Source: an uncultured Pseudomonadales bacterium (GTDB taxonomy: Bacteria > Patescibacteriota > Microgenomatia > UBA1400 > PJMF01). From it: a DNA stretch of 64,000 bases. Under the pieces are notes generated by a model. That model saw only the letters and a list, made by a program, of their open reading frames with translations. It made no database searches and was not told where the DNA came from. The stretch is taken from positions 290,699 to 354,698 of the forward strand of contig CAYPPX010000001.1 of assembly GCA_964412775.1 (NCBI GenBank), read 5' to 3'. The translations under genes were made by a program, and so were the position numbers. Positions 47,558-57,425 of this stretch are shown here, piece after piece; position 1 is the first letter of the stretch, and each line of letters opens with the position of its first letter.

Positions 47558-48667
47558 ATGAATTTATTAGTGGTATTTTTGACTGGTCTAACAACGGGTG
47601 GATTATCTTGTTTAGCCATGCAAGGTGGATTACTGGCTAGCATTATTGCCAATCAAAAAGAACAAGAACACACTGATATTACTGGTGGTAAAACTTTAAA
47701 GAAAGCCAAGAGAAAAGAACAAGATCTTAAATCTTTGCAGGGACAAAATTTTTCTTTAAAGTCTTTTGATCAGTTGGATTGGTTGCCAGTAATGATGTTT
47801 TTATTGGCAAAATTAGTTTCTCATACTATTTTAGGTTTTTTGTTGGGTTTGTTAGGTTCGGCAATTACTTTGAGTTTGGGGATGAGATTAACTTTTCAGG
47901 TTTTTACAGCGATTTTCATGTTTGCTACAGCAATGAATTTACTTGATGTCCATCCGATTTTTCGTCGACTAGCTTTTCAACCACCTAAATTTTTACAAAG
48001 GTTTATTAGGGGGACGAGTAAAAGTGAGGCTTTATTTGCACCAGCAGTTTTGGGGTTAATGACCATTTTTATTCCTTGTGGAGTTACTCAGGCGATGGAG
48101 GTGTTGGCGATAAATAGTGGTAGTCCACTAACTGGAGCGGCAATTATGTTCTCTTTTGTTTTGGGGACTTCCCCATTGTTTGCTATTTTGGGCGTAGCTA
48201 CAGCCAAGCTAAGTGAAGGTTGGTATCAAAAATTTAGTAAGTTTGCCGCTGCAGTGTTAATTGGTATGGCTGTTTATAGTATCAATGGAGTGTTATTGGT
48301 GGCTGATTCGCCACTAACAATTAATAAAATGGTTAGACCAATTACTTACTTCTTTTCGGCAGAGAGATTTGACAACGTAAATAGTGTTGGTGTAAAAGAT
48401 GGTGTTCAGCAAGTGAGAATAGATGTGTTAAGTAATGGTTATCAACCAAGATACATTAAAGTTAAAAGTGGAGTACCGGTTGAATTAACATTAGCAAGTA
48501 ATCGGGTTTATTCTTGTGCTTTGGCTTTTGTTTTTAGGGAGTTTGGAATTAACACCTTCCTAGAATCAACCGATAGTAAAAGCTTTACTTTTACACCAAC
48601 TAAAAAAGGTAAGTATACTTTCTCTTGTTCAATGGGTATGTATACTGGAATTATGGAGGTAATTTAA
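47558..48667 (+). CDS. Membrane protein with intramembrane Cys residues (DsbD/CcdA-like topology) fused to a C-terminal cupredoxin-like domain.
   Basis: About 6 TM helices carry GLSCLAMQGG and IFIPCGVTQAM. The C-terminal 90 aa (YTFSCSMGMYTGIMEVI) resemble Cupredoxin_1. It is embedded in the cop operon. Confidence 0.45.
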   Translation: MNLLVVFLTGLTTGGLSCLAMQGGLLASIIANQKEQEHTDITGGKTLKKAKRKEQDLKSLQGQNFSLKSFDQLDWLPVMMFLLAKLVSHTILGFLLGLLGSAITLSLGMRLTFQVFTAIFMFATAMNLLDVHPIFRRLAFQPPKFLQRFIRGTSKSEALFAPAVLGLMTIFIPCGVTQAMEVLAINSGSPLTGAAIMFSFVLGTSPLFAILGVATAKLSEGWYQKFSKFAAAVLIGMAVYSINGVLLVADSPLTINKMVRPITYFFSAERFDNVNSVGVKDGVQQVRIDVLSNGYQPRYIKVKSGVPVELTLASNRVYSCALAFVFREFGINTFLESTDSKSFTFTPTKKGKYTFSCSMGMYTGIMEVI

Positions 48668-48668
48668 A

Positions 48669-48917
48669 ATGTTAAATTTTTTTAAAAAAAATCAGTCAAC
48701 AAAAAACCACACTATGACACTAAAAATTAGTGGTATGCATTGTACGAGTTGTAGTATGAACATTGATAGTGAGTTAGAGGAGTTGGATGGAGTGATTAGT
48801 GCCAGTACTAGTTATGCAAAATCAGAGACTAAAGTAGAGTATGACCAGAAAAAAGTTGATTTAGCAAAAATTAAAGCGGTGATCGAAGAGTTGGGTTATG
48901 GAGTTGTTGCTGAATAA
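48669..48917 (+). CDS. copZ: Copper chaperone with a heavy-metal-associated domain.
   Basis: It has GMHCTSCSMNI in a ferredoxin-like fold of 82 aa. Confidence 0.8.
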   Translation: MLNFFKKNQSTKNHTMTLKISGMHCTSCSMNIDSELEELDGVISASTSYAKSETKVEYDQKKVDLAKIKAVIEELGYGVVAE

Positions 48918-48962
48918 TTGTAAAAAAGTCATAATTATAAAAAAAGAATTAATGTTTTTTAT

Positions 48963-49352
48963 ATGCAGGAACCAAATCCCAAATTACATATGAAAATTAT
49001 AACAACGGGAGAAGGTAATACTGTAAATGGTGAACTTATTCATTCTGTAGAAAAAGCACCTCTTGAAGTTATTGGAATAGAAGAGCGTATCAGACTTAGT
49101 AAGTTATATGTTGAACAAATAAAAAGAGAATCGGCTAAAGTTGGAGTTGATCCATCAGATTATCAAGTTGACCAAGATAGTACGAACGATGAGTTTGTTT
49201 TCTCAATTTACTTTAGTTCAATTGCTAATAGTTTATTGGTTGAAGCTCAGGTTCAGATAAAAGTTGATGGCACTTACATTCCAAAGAGGCATTCTGTTAC
49301 TGGATTACCGGTTATAAGAAATGATAAATTTGTTTATATAAAAGTTAGCTAA
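48963..49352 (+). CDS. Hypothetical protein.
   Basis: It is a 129-aa ORF with no recognisable motif. Confidence 0.35.
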   Translation: MQEPNPKLHMKIITTGEGNTVNGELIHSVEKAPLEVIGIEERIRLSKLYVEQIKRESAKVGVDPSDYQVDQDSTNDEFVFSIYFSSIANSLLVEAQVQIKVDGTYIPKRHSVTGLPVIRNDKFVYIKVS

Positions 49353-50485
49353 CCTTTAAATGGTGATCTTTTTTTATTGGAAAAGTATCTTAAAGCTGCA
49401 TTGCCAGTTGGAATTTCATGGTTATAAAAAATAACAAATGAAGAGATTAATTCTTCAATACTTGGTTTGTTGGCTTTGATCATTAGGTAGCGTTGTTTGA
49501 GTTCTTTAATTAAATTTGCAATTTTAACTATATTAATAATATTGTCATCATCTTCCCAAAAATATTGTTTTAATTTTTCCATAATTTGCTCATCACTAAG
49601 TTTATCAATTTCAGCCATTTTTCTAACAACTTCAATTAACTCGGCAATAAAAGCTGGTTTGAAGTCGTCAGGCATAAATAAGAGACCTTGGTTATTTATT
49701 TCAAGGTGGTCATTAGTTGTTAATTCCCTGAAAGGTTGGTCTCCACCAGTAGACACTCCAAGTTGTCTTGCTAGTTGGAGGATGGCAAGGTATTCCTCAT
49801 TAGTTAGCTCACCACTAAGTAATCTTTTTTGTAAATTAGCAGGATCACTTTTGAGTTCAACTGGAATATCAATTTGATGATTTTTTGCTAAGGCAATTAA
49901 ACCATTTTTACCTGTTAAAAAAAATGAGGTACAAGTTATTTTTCTAGTAACTTCATTACTATTAAAACCAGCAAATGATTTACTCTCTAAAATTGATTTT
50001 AATTTAGTTGCAAAAAATATTTCCCCTTGGCATTTAGTCCAGGGCCTACTAACGTTTTCTGGATATTTTTTTATGGAGTACTGTGGGTTGCTTTCTTCAG
50101 CGGATAAGCTAATAGAATTTGTTGGAATTGGAGAAGTTGCCATTCTTTTATTCATAAAAAACAGCCAAAGAATTTGGGCATCAAATCCAGGTAGTATTTT
50201 TCCAATAAGTAATGCAAAAGCTGCTTTATCTAGTTCAGTCCCGTGGGCTGCTAAAAGCTCAATGTTACCAGGGTTTTCTTCAATATATTCTTTAGTATAT
50301 TTTTCTTCTGCTTCAAGAACTAATAGTTCATTTTTTGCTCTAGGTTTAAAATCTTCATGAGTTTCTCTTAATTCTTTTTCTAAATCAGCTTTTCTTTTTT
50401 TAACATTTTTAGCAAATTTTTCAGCAGGTGAAGAAATTTTTTGTGGTTGAATGTCATAATTTACCATATTTTGAATATAGATCAT
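49349..50485 (-). CDS. Hypothetical protein (378 aa).
   Basis: It is a long ORF with no TM helices and no recognised family. Confidence 0.45.
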   Translation of the reverse strand: MIYIQNMVNYDIQPQKISSPAEKFAKNVKKRKADLEKELRETHEDFKPRAKNELLVLEAEEKYTKEYIEENPGNIELLAAHGTELDKAAFALLIGKILPGFDAQILWLFFMNKRMATSPIPTNSISLSAEESNPQYSIKKYPENVSRPWTKCQGEIFFATKLKSILESKSFAGFNSNEVTRKITCTSFFLTGKNGLIALAKNHQIDIPVELKSDPANLQKRLLSGELTNEEYLAILQLARQLGVSTGGDQPFRELTTNDHLEINNQGLLFMPDDFKPAFIAELIEVVRKMAEIDKLSDEQIMEKLKQYFWEDDDNIINIVKIANLIKELKQRYLMIKANKPSIEELISSFVIFYNHEIPTGNAALRYFSNKKRSPFKG

Positions 50486-50552
50486 TATTATTACTACATC
50501 TAGTTAGAAAAGAGTTGGTTTTTTAAATGAAAATAAAGTTATAATTTTCTCT

Positions 50553-50954
50553 ATGAGAGAATTTATAGATAAGCTAGCTTTTATTTATATTAAAGATAAA
50601 CAAATCTTGATGTCACTTAGCAAAGGTAATGATACTTATTATATTCCTGGTGGAAAAAGAGAGCCTGGTGAAACTGATTTAGTTGCTTTAGCTAGAGAAG
50701 TTAAAGAAGAACTCACTGTAGAGCTTATTTCAGATACAGTTAAACATTATGGTACTTTTGAAGCTCAAGCTCATGGTAAGCCTATTGGGATGATGGTTAG
50801 AATGATTTGTTACCAAGCAGATTTTACTGGTGAACTAAAACCCAGCTCTGAAATTCAAGATCTAGCTTATTATACTTATGCACAACGAGAGATTGTGGGG
50901 CCAGTTGATCAACTAATCTTTGATGACTTGAAAGCTAAAGATTTAATTGATTAA
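50553..50954 (+). CDS. NUDIX hydrolase.
   Basis: It has the Nudix box GGKREPGETDLVALAREVKEELTVEL. Confidence 0.7.
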   Translation: MREFIDKLAFIYIKDKQILMSLSKGNDTYYIPGGKREPGETDLVALAREVKEELTVELISDTVKHYGTFEAQAHGKPIGMMVRMICYQADFTGELKPSSEIQDLAYYTYAQREIVGPVDQLIFDDLKAKDLID

Positions 50955-50965
50955 TTCGAGTTTGT

Positions 50966-51736
50966 TTAAAATCTTTGATTCATTATAGAGTATGATTTAA
51001 GGATAGATGGTGTTTCTCCCCACTCATCATCAAAAAAAGATCTAGGCATTTGTTCCATTGGTCCTTGACCAATGGTTGAAGTTTCAGCTGAAACTGTTCC
51101 TAGTCCACCTGGAAGAAAAATTGGAGGGACTAAGCCAAATACTTCTGGAAAGTAATGTTTTTCCCAATTTTCTGGGTAAAAAGTTTTTAAATTACGTGGA
51201 ATAACTCTACCATCTTTATCTCGACTAATTCCAAGCTCTTCAAAACGTGTTTCGACGATGTATCCTAGTAGAAGTGCATAAAAGTAAATTTGTCTTGCTG
51301 CTGGTCCCAAATCATTTTCTAAGTTGGGGAATGGATCAATAATTGGTGCATGGAGAACATCATAGGCTTGTTTAAAAACATACTCAGGAACTGAATTGAG
51401 ATCAGTTGATAAAACCATCACAATGGTATTGGTATTAATATCAGCTTGTTGTAATAGGTGTATTTTCTTATCAAGAAATTCGATTCCAAATTGAGCTTTA
51501 ATCAGATCAGTGACTAACGGATGAAGATCAGATCTACCAGAATCTGGGGGTCTGATGCCAGCTCTCATAATGTTTTGGTATAAACTTGTTGATGAGAGAT
51601 TAGTTTTTTCTGGTAAAGTTGTGTCTATATTTTCTTTACCGACGAACTCACCCAATGCTGCTTCTCCAATACCACAGCGGCCAGCACCTTGGTCATCAAG
51701 AGCTATATATTGTGCTTGTTCTTTAGTAATTGACAT
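50966..51736 (-). CDS. Hypothetical protein (256 aa).
   Basis: No recognised family. Confidence 0.45.
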   Translation of the reverse strand: MSITKEQAQYIALDDQGAGRCGIGEAALGEFVGKENIDTTLPEKTNLSSTSLYQNIMRAGIRPPDSGRSDLHPLVTDLIKAQFGIEFLDKKIHLLQQADINTNTIVMVLSTDLNSVPEYVFKQAYDVLHAPIIDPFPNLENDLGPAARQIYFYALLLGYIVETRFEELGISRDKDGRVIPRNLKTFYPENWEKHYFPEVFGLVPPIFLPGGLGTVSAETSTIGQGPMEQMPRSFFDDEWGETPSILKSYSIMNQRF

Positions 51737-51806
51737 AGTAAATGAAGATCATATTGTACATCAAAATATATATTTTAATGTAAATAAGCTATAATTTTTT
51801 TTAGTT

Positions 51807-52361
51807 ATGTTAGAAGTTTTAATTGAAAAACCAGAATCAACAGATTTAGCAACCTATGAAGTTACTGATGACTTCACAAATCTTAATGCAGTTGGCATTA
51901 TTACTATTGATCCTAGTAAACAAAGAATTTTGTTAGTTAGAAGACTAGCTAATGAGTTTGATGAAAATGGTCAACCGATTCCTAAGGAAAAGAAAAATAA
52001 AATAGATAATAATGGTAATATTATCTTGGCTTTACCAAGTGGTAGTGGTCCATTGAGTGATGATCCAGATAATCCTGATCTAGCAGCCTTAAAAGAGATT
52101 ATTAGCGAAACTGGTTCCAGGCCAAACTCACTTGAAAAATTTCACGCATATCAACAAAAAGGTGCTCCAGATTCACCAAAAGTTGGTTTTTATATTGCTC
52201 AAATGGATATGGATGCACTCAATCCACAAAGCAAGCACAAAGATTGGCCAGGATGGTTTCCCATTGATTGGTTTGGGACAAAAATAGTTTTGCCATATGC
52301 AGAACACAATCAAGTGGTATTGGATTTTATTAAGGAAAGACTTAAATCAAATGCTAGTTAA
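51807..52361 (+). CDS. Hypothetical protein with a degenerate Nudix-like box.
   Basis: AVGIITID...RILLVRR and LAALKEIISETG resemble Nudix fold elements, but an insertion is present. Confidence 0.35.
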   Translation: MLEVLIEKPESTDLATYEVTDDFTNLNAVGIITIDPSKQRILLVRRLANEFDENGQPIPKEKKNKIDNNGNIILALPSGSGPLSDDPDNPDLAALKEIISETGSRPNSLEKFHAYQQKGAPDSPKVGFYIAQMDMDALNPQSKHKDWPGWFPIDWFGTKIVLPYAEHNQVVLDFIKERLKSNAS

Positions 52362-52914
52362 CAAAAAATTAACTTCTATACAAACTAAACTTTTGTTATC
52401 TTTACTTAAAACTCGTTTTGAAAAAAATACTCAAAGGCATAAAAACATTAGCTGGGAAGAAGTTGAGCTTAAACTAATAAAAAATTCCACCAAACTTTGG
52501 TCGCTTAATGAAATGGAACAAACTGGTGGAGAACCCGATGTAATTGGGGCTGATAAGAAAGCTAATGAGTTTATTTTTTGTGATTGCTCAAGAGAAACTC
52601 CCAAAGGTCGACGCAGTCTTTGTTATGATGAACAAGCTCTAGCATCCAGAAAAGAATTTAAACCCAAAAATAGTGCTACTAAAATGGCCAAAGATATGGG
52701 GATTAAGCTATTAACAGAAGAACAGTACCAAAATTTACAACAACTAGGGGAGTTTGATCTCAAATCTTCTAGTTGTCTTGCTACCCCATCAGCCATCAGA
52801 AAACTTGGTGGTGCAATTTATGGTGACCGTCGTTATGATCATGTATTTATTTATCACAATGGAGCAGAATCTTACTATGCAGTCAGAGGTTTTCGTGGTT
52901 TGCTGAAAGTCTAA
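52351..52914 (+). CDS. DUF4256 family protein. The track ORF begins at 52297, but the start is probably the ATG at 52351.
   Basis: LLSLLKTRFEKNTQRHKNISWEEVELKLIKNSTKLWSLNEMEQTGGEPDVIG matches my recollection of the DUF4256 core. Confidence 0.5.
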   Translation: MLVNKKLTSIQTKLLLSLLKTRFEKNTQRHKNISWEEVELKLIKNSTKLWSLNEMEQTGGEPDVIGADKKANEFIFCDCSRETPKGRRSLCYDEQALASRKEFKPKNSATKMAKDMGIKLLTEEQYQNLQQLGEFDLKSSSCLATPSAIRKLGGAIYGDRRYDHVFIYHNGAESYYAVRGFRGLLKV

Positions 52915-52917
52915 GAA

Positions 52918-54384
52918 GTGAAAAAATTCAACCTACCTTTGCTAGTTTTTTTGTTAATTAGTTTGTTATTTATTTTTCTGCGAGTTTATAAAATTGATCA
53001 AAGTTTTTATTTATTTGGTGATGTTGGTCGTGATTTATTTGTTTTACAAGATTGGTCAGAAAATTTACTAAAACCTCCACTGTTGGGTCCACAGACTAGT
53101 GCTATTAGTTTTAATCAAAGTGCTATTTATTTTTATTATTTGTTTCCATTTTTCGTTTTGTTAAAACACTCTGTTTATTCGACTTTAGTCGCTACAATTT
53201 TTTTATATTTAGTAGTCTTTGGTTGGTTATTTTATTGGTATAGAAAAAATAGTATTTATCAGTGGCGACTTTTAGCCTTATTTTTTTTGGTCGCAATTCA
53301 TCCTCAGTTTGTTTTACAACAGCGATTGGTTTGGAATCCATCACTGATTGCCCCATTTTTAATTTTGAGTTTTTGGGGTTGGTTTGAGTATCAACTAAAA
53401 CCTAAAAAAATTTGGCTATTAGTGATGATGTTTTCACTAGCTACAGCAGCTAGCTTGAACTACTCTATTTTACCAACCGTATTAGCTTTTATTTTAGTTT
53501 TTTCTTGGCAACAACGGATAAGCTTAAAACTTTTTTTGACTACCTTACTTTATGGAATATTTTCTGCAATTGTGCTTAATTTGCCAACTCTAGCTTTTGA
53601 GATAAGGCACAATTTTTTACTAACCAGATCATTTTCCAATCAAGAAGTTTTACAACAAGATCATTCTTTGGTTAACAAATTTTTGATGTTAACAACGAAT
53701 GTTATCTGGCCAAAATATTTTAATAATTTATCTATTTGGTTATTTATTTTTATTGTTTTATTTTTAGTAGTTATTTTTTTGAAAAATAAAAATTATTTTA
53801 AAAGTAACCAAATTCAAACTAACAGTTTTATTTTTAGTTTTTTGGTTTTTATTTGTTCAGTAGTTTTATTGTTAGTAACTCCACTGACCATGCATGAGCA
53901 CTATATGTTTGGAGTATTGAGTTTTTTACTTATTGCTTTAGCAACTTTGCCAAAAAAATATTTGTGGTTAACTTTATTTATTAGTTCTTGGTTTTATTTA
54001 CAACCCAATTATTTTTTACGCTACCAAAGTCAAGCTCCTCATTCAGCTGAAGAAAAAATAAGTTGTTTACAGAATTTTTGTAATCAACGAATAAACCAAG
54101 GTTTTGCTAAGCAGAATATTTTTGTAAATACTCAGTCAGCTTCTCATAATCACCAAGCTTTAGAATATGTTTTTCTTTTAAAAGAGTTTGGTTGTAGAGC
54201 AATAGATACTCAACAATTTAATGCCACCCCAGTAGCTGAGATGTTAGTGGTGGCTGATCGGGCAACATTTGAAAACGGGAAAACTAGTTATTATGAACTT
54301 AGTCAATTTGGTGAGGCTACTGAAGTTTCAATTCTAGATTGTAAAGAAAATCTTAAGTTGCATTATTTAACAAAAAATAACTAA
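52918..54384 (+). CDS. Hypothetical polytopic membrane protein, possibly GT-C-like.
   Basis: It is 488 aa with about 12 TM helices. No confident family was recognised. Confidence 0.4.
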   Translation: MKKFNLPLLVFLLISLLFIFLRVYKIDQSFYLFGDVGRDLFVLQDWSENLLKPPLLGPQTSAISFNQSAIYFYYLFPFFVLLKHSVYSTLVATIFLYLVVFGWLFYWYRKNSIYQWRLLALFFLVAIHPQFVLQQRLVWNPSLIAPFLILSFWGWFEYQLKPKKIWLLVMMFSLATAASLNYSILPTVLAFILVFSWQQRISLKLFLTTLLYGIFSAIVLNLPTLAFEIRHNFLLTRSFSNQEVLQQDHSLVNKFLMLTTNVIWPKYFNNLSIWLFIFIVLFLVVIFLKNKNYFKSNQIQTNSFIFSFLVFICSVVLLLVTPLTMHEHYMFGVLSFLLIALATLPKKYLWLTLFISSWFYLQPNYFLRYQSQAPHSAEEKISCLQNFCNQRINQGFAKQNIFVNTQSASHNHQALEYVFLLKEFGCRAIDTQQFNATPVAEMLVVADRATFENGKTSYYELSQFGEATEVSILDCKENLKLHYLTKNN

Positions 54385-54386
54385 TC

Positions 54387-55226
54387 TTGATAAATTGCTA
54401 TAATTTAACTATGGAAAATTTAACTAAAGAAAAACTAGAGGAACTACTAACTTTTGTTCGGGATTTAGCTATAAAAACAGGTAAGCTACTTTTAGAGCAC
54501 CAAGCCCAAGCCCAAGTTGTTACTATTAAGGATCGTCAAGATATTGCTACTACTGCCGATCTTGCTTCTGAAGAATTGAGTTGGCAGACGATATCACAAG
54601 CTTATCCTGATCACGGTATAACCTCAGAAGAAAAAGGTAGCATTAGGGGGACTGCTGATTTTCAGTGGATTATTGATCCTTTGGATGGTACCAAGGAATA
54701 TGTTCGAGATTTACCTCTATTTAATAGTTCAATGGCTTTGGAATATAAAGGTCAATTGGTTGTAGCGGCTGTTTACCGGCCCAATGAGCAAGCATTATAT
54801 AGTGCAGCAGCTGGTCTTGGCGCTTTTAAGAATGGTAAAAAAATTCATGTGTCAGATAAACAAGAGCTTATTGATAGCTTTGTTTATTGTTATTTACCAA
54901 GATATAAAGCAGATCAGGATAAGATTTATGACCAATCCTGGGATAAGTTAAAAAAGATTGGTAAAAAAGCCTATCGTCTTAGAGCTTTAGCTGATGAGAA
55001 CACCATGATGTGTTGGGTAGCTCAAGGTGGTGCAGAAGCTTATTTGAATTTAAGCAATATCCCCAAGTGGCATGATATTGCACCGGGTTTATTAATCGCT
55101 AAAGAAGCCGGAGCAAGAATTACAAATTTAGCTGGTCAAACATATCACTCTTCTAATCAGCCAGAATCTTTGGTTGTTAGTAATGGTTTAATCCACGATG
55201 AATTGTTGAGTATTTTTAGTTTTTAG
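54387..55226 (+). CDS. Inositol monophosphatase family protein (SuhB/CysQ-like).
   Basis: It has the IIDPLDGTKEYV and WHDIAPG motifs. Confidence 0.75.
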   Translation: MINCYNLTMENLTKEKLEELLTFVRDLAIKTGKLLLEHQAQAQVVTIKDRQDIATTADLASEELSWQTISQAYPDHGITSEEKGSIRGTADFQWIIDPLDGTKEYVRDLPLFNSSMALEYKGQLVVAAVYRPNEQALYSAAAGLGAFKNGKKIHVSDKQELIDSFVYCYLPRYKADQDKIYDQSWDKLKKIGKKAYRLRALADENTMMCWVAQGGAEAYLNLSNIPKWHDIAPGLLIAKEAGARITNLAGQTYHSSNQPESLVVSNGLIHDELLSIFSF

Positions 55227-55377
55227 TAAATTTTTAGTTTAATAAAAAACATCTACTAATTATAACTATAATTTTCTTTTCAGTTGCAACTTTACTATAT
55301 AAACCTATTAAAACAATTAAAATTAAGAAGGATTTTTTTACTTATTTATATTTGGAGAAATTAATTTTCTTAGTTTA

Positions 55378-56022
55378 TTAAATATTGTAAAGTAAATTTC
55401 TGATTAAAAGTTTAGCGACAGATTCGTTATATTCTGGATGGTTTTGACTTAGCCATATACTTTTGTTTTCAACTCTAACAATATTTACTTTGCAGCTTGG
55501 AGAACTAGCGATGATTTTAAATCCAGCTGGCAAAGATTGGGGATCTATTCTTTGAATATGGTCTCCGTGAATTTTGAACTTTGTAGGCATATTAGCCAGA
55601 AGTGGGTCCTGCTTGTCTACAACTAAAGTTGTTGTCATGCCTTTTTCAGGAAATGACCCTGGTTCTAATTTAGCCCCTTTTTCTTGAGCATAAAATTGAG
55701 CTGCCCTACAGACAAGTAGCCCTTTAGCAGTCTCTGCTAATTCTAGTATAAATGCATATCTTTGTTGAAATTCTGGGACACTATTAAAATGTGGTCCATA
55801 ACCATCATTGCCAGAAACTATAAAGCTACTGAATTTTTGTAAAATTTCTTGTCTTTTTCTTGGTTCTTTTAAATCTTCAAAATCAAAAGGGTGTACTTGA
55901 GCTCCCATTGCTTCTAAAGTTTTTTTCATTTCAAAAAAATAACGATTGGGAAACTCTCTGTTAACATCAACAGTAGTATTAAACAAAGCAACACCTCTTT
56001 CTCTTATGCCACTTGTTTGCAT
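55378..56022 (-). CDS. Class I glutamine amidotransferase-like protein.
   Basis: It has a GLLVCRAAQ nucleophile elbow and a C-terminal HPE dyad. Confidence 0.5.
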   Translation of the reverse strand: MQTSGIRERGVALFNTTVDVNREFPNRYFFEMKKTLEAMGAQVHPFDFEDLKEPRKRQEILQKFSSFIVSGNDGYGPHFNSVPEFQQRYAFILELAETAKGLLVCRAAQFYAQEKGAKLEPGSFPEKGMTTTLVVDKQDPLLANMPTKFKIHGDHIQRIDPQSLPAGFKIIASSPSCKVNIVRVENKSIWLSQNHPEYNESVAKLLIRNLLYNI

Positions 56023-56338
56023 TTTTTTTGAGATTAAGAACTATTTTGGCCTCCTCGGCATAAAAATACTAGCAGCCCTAAAATTTCGTTGATTTATTTG
56101 TTGTTTGAATTGAGGAATAACTCCTGGATTACTACTAGTTGCTGTTTTTATTTTATTTGGTTCGTTGGCTTTTCTTGATTTCTTTTTTCTCATAGCTTTG
56201 ATTTTTTTATTAAAATTTTTTAGTAAATTGTTTTTAAGGTTATTTATTATTCATTAATAAAGTTTAACACAAGTTAGATATTATTTTTTTGTTAGATATA
56301 TTGATAAATACTAAGTTGTTTTTTGTTAAAATCAAGTT

Positions 56339-57421
56339 ATGAAAGAATTTTTTAGTAACACAAAACTGCTGTTAATTTTTAGTTTTTTATTTTTTATTTC
56401 TGCATTTTTTACTTATAATTTTTTTAATAACCAAAATAGTCTTCCTTTGGCTGAAAAAGCTTTATTTTTAACCACTAATTCAAGCGAACAAATAAACTCT
56501 GAAGTTGAAAAAATAATTGCTGATTATGGTGAGTTTGCTGACTTAACAATTCCTTTTATTAAAGAGATTCAACTAGATAATAAGCAATTGGTGATAGAAG
56601 AGACTTTAGCAAAAAAAGGAAAATACACAGAGTATCGAGCTTCTTATTATTCTGAAGGTAACAAAATCTATGGCTTATTAACGATTCCTAATGAAGCAAA
56701 AATGGCTAGTACTCCGGCTGTAATTTTTGTTCATGGTTATATTCCACCAAAAATTTATAAGACAATGCAACGTTATGTTGATTATGTTGACTATTTAGCC
56801 AGTAATGGATTGGTAGTGTTTAAGATTGATCTTAGAGGTCATGATCAGTCTGAAGGTGAGGCTAGTGGAGCATATTTTTCTAATTCATATGTTGTTGATG
56901 TTTTGAATGCTGTTGAAAGCATTAAAAACCTTTCAGAGGTAGATAGGCAGCAAATTAGTTTGTGGGGTCATAGTATGGCTGGGAATGTGGTAACCAGGGC
57001 AGTGGCTGTTAATCCTGAAATTAAAGCTGTGGTAATTTGGGCTGGAGCTGTTTATACCTATTCAGACATGGCTGACTATGGAATTAATGATAGCAGTTTT
57101 AGTAGAGCTGATTTACCTCCAGAACATCAACCAAGAAGAGAAAATCTGTTTGCCAAAGTTGGAAATTTAGATTCTGGTAGTGATTTTTGGAAACTAGTTT
57201 CTCCAGTTGATTGGCTAAAAAATTATTCTGGTGAAATTCAACTTCACCATGCTGTTGATGATCAAACGGTTTCTATAGAGTATAGTCGAAATTTAGTTAA
57301 TGTTCTAAAAGACTCAGCTATTAATATCAAGCTTTTTGAATACCAAAGTGGTGGTCATGATTTAGGAGGTAGCTCTTTTAATCAAGCGATGAATCGTTCT
57401 GTTGAGGTTTTTACTAGGTAG
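56339..57421 (+). CDS. Alpha/beta hydrolase (S9/dienelactone hydrolase-like) with an N-terminal TM anchor.
   Basis: It has GHSMAGNV (GxSxG) and HH/D residues at the C-terminus. Confidence 0.55.
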   Translation: MKEFFSNTKLLLIFSFLFFISAFFTYNFFNNQNSLPLAEKALFLTTNSSEQINSEVEKIIADYGEFADLTIPFIKEIQLDNKQLVIEETLAKKGKYTEYRASYYSEGNKIYGLLTIPNEAKMASTPAVIFVHGYIPPKIYKTMQRYVDYVDYLASNGLVVFKIDLRGHDQSEGEASGAYFSNSYVVDVLNAVESIKNLSEVDRQQISLWGHSMAGNVVTRAVAVNPEIKAVVIWAGAVYTYSDMADYGINDSSFSRADLPPEHQPRRENLFAKVGNLDSGSDFWKLVSPVDWLKNYSGEIQLHHAVDDQTVSIEYSRNLVNVLKDSAINIKLFEYQSGGHDLGGSSFNQAMNRSVEVFTR

Positions 57422-57425
57422 TTTT

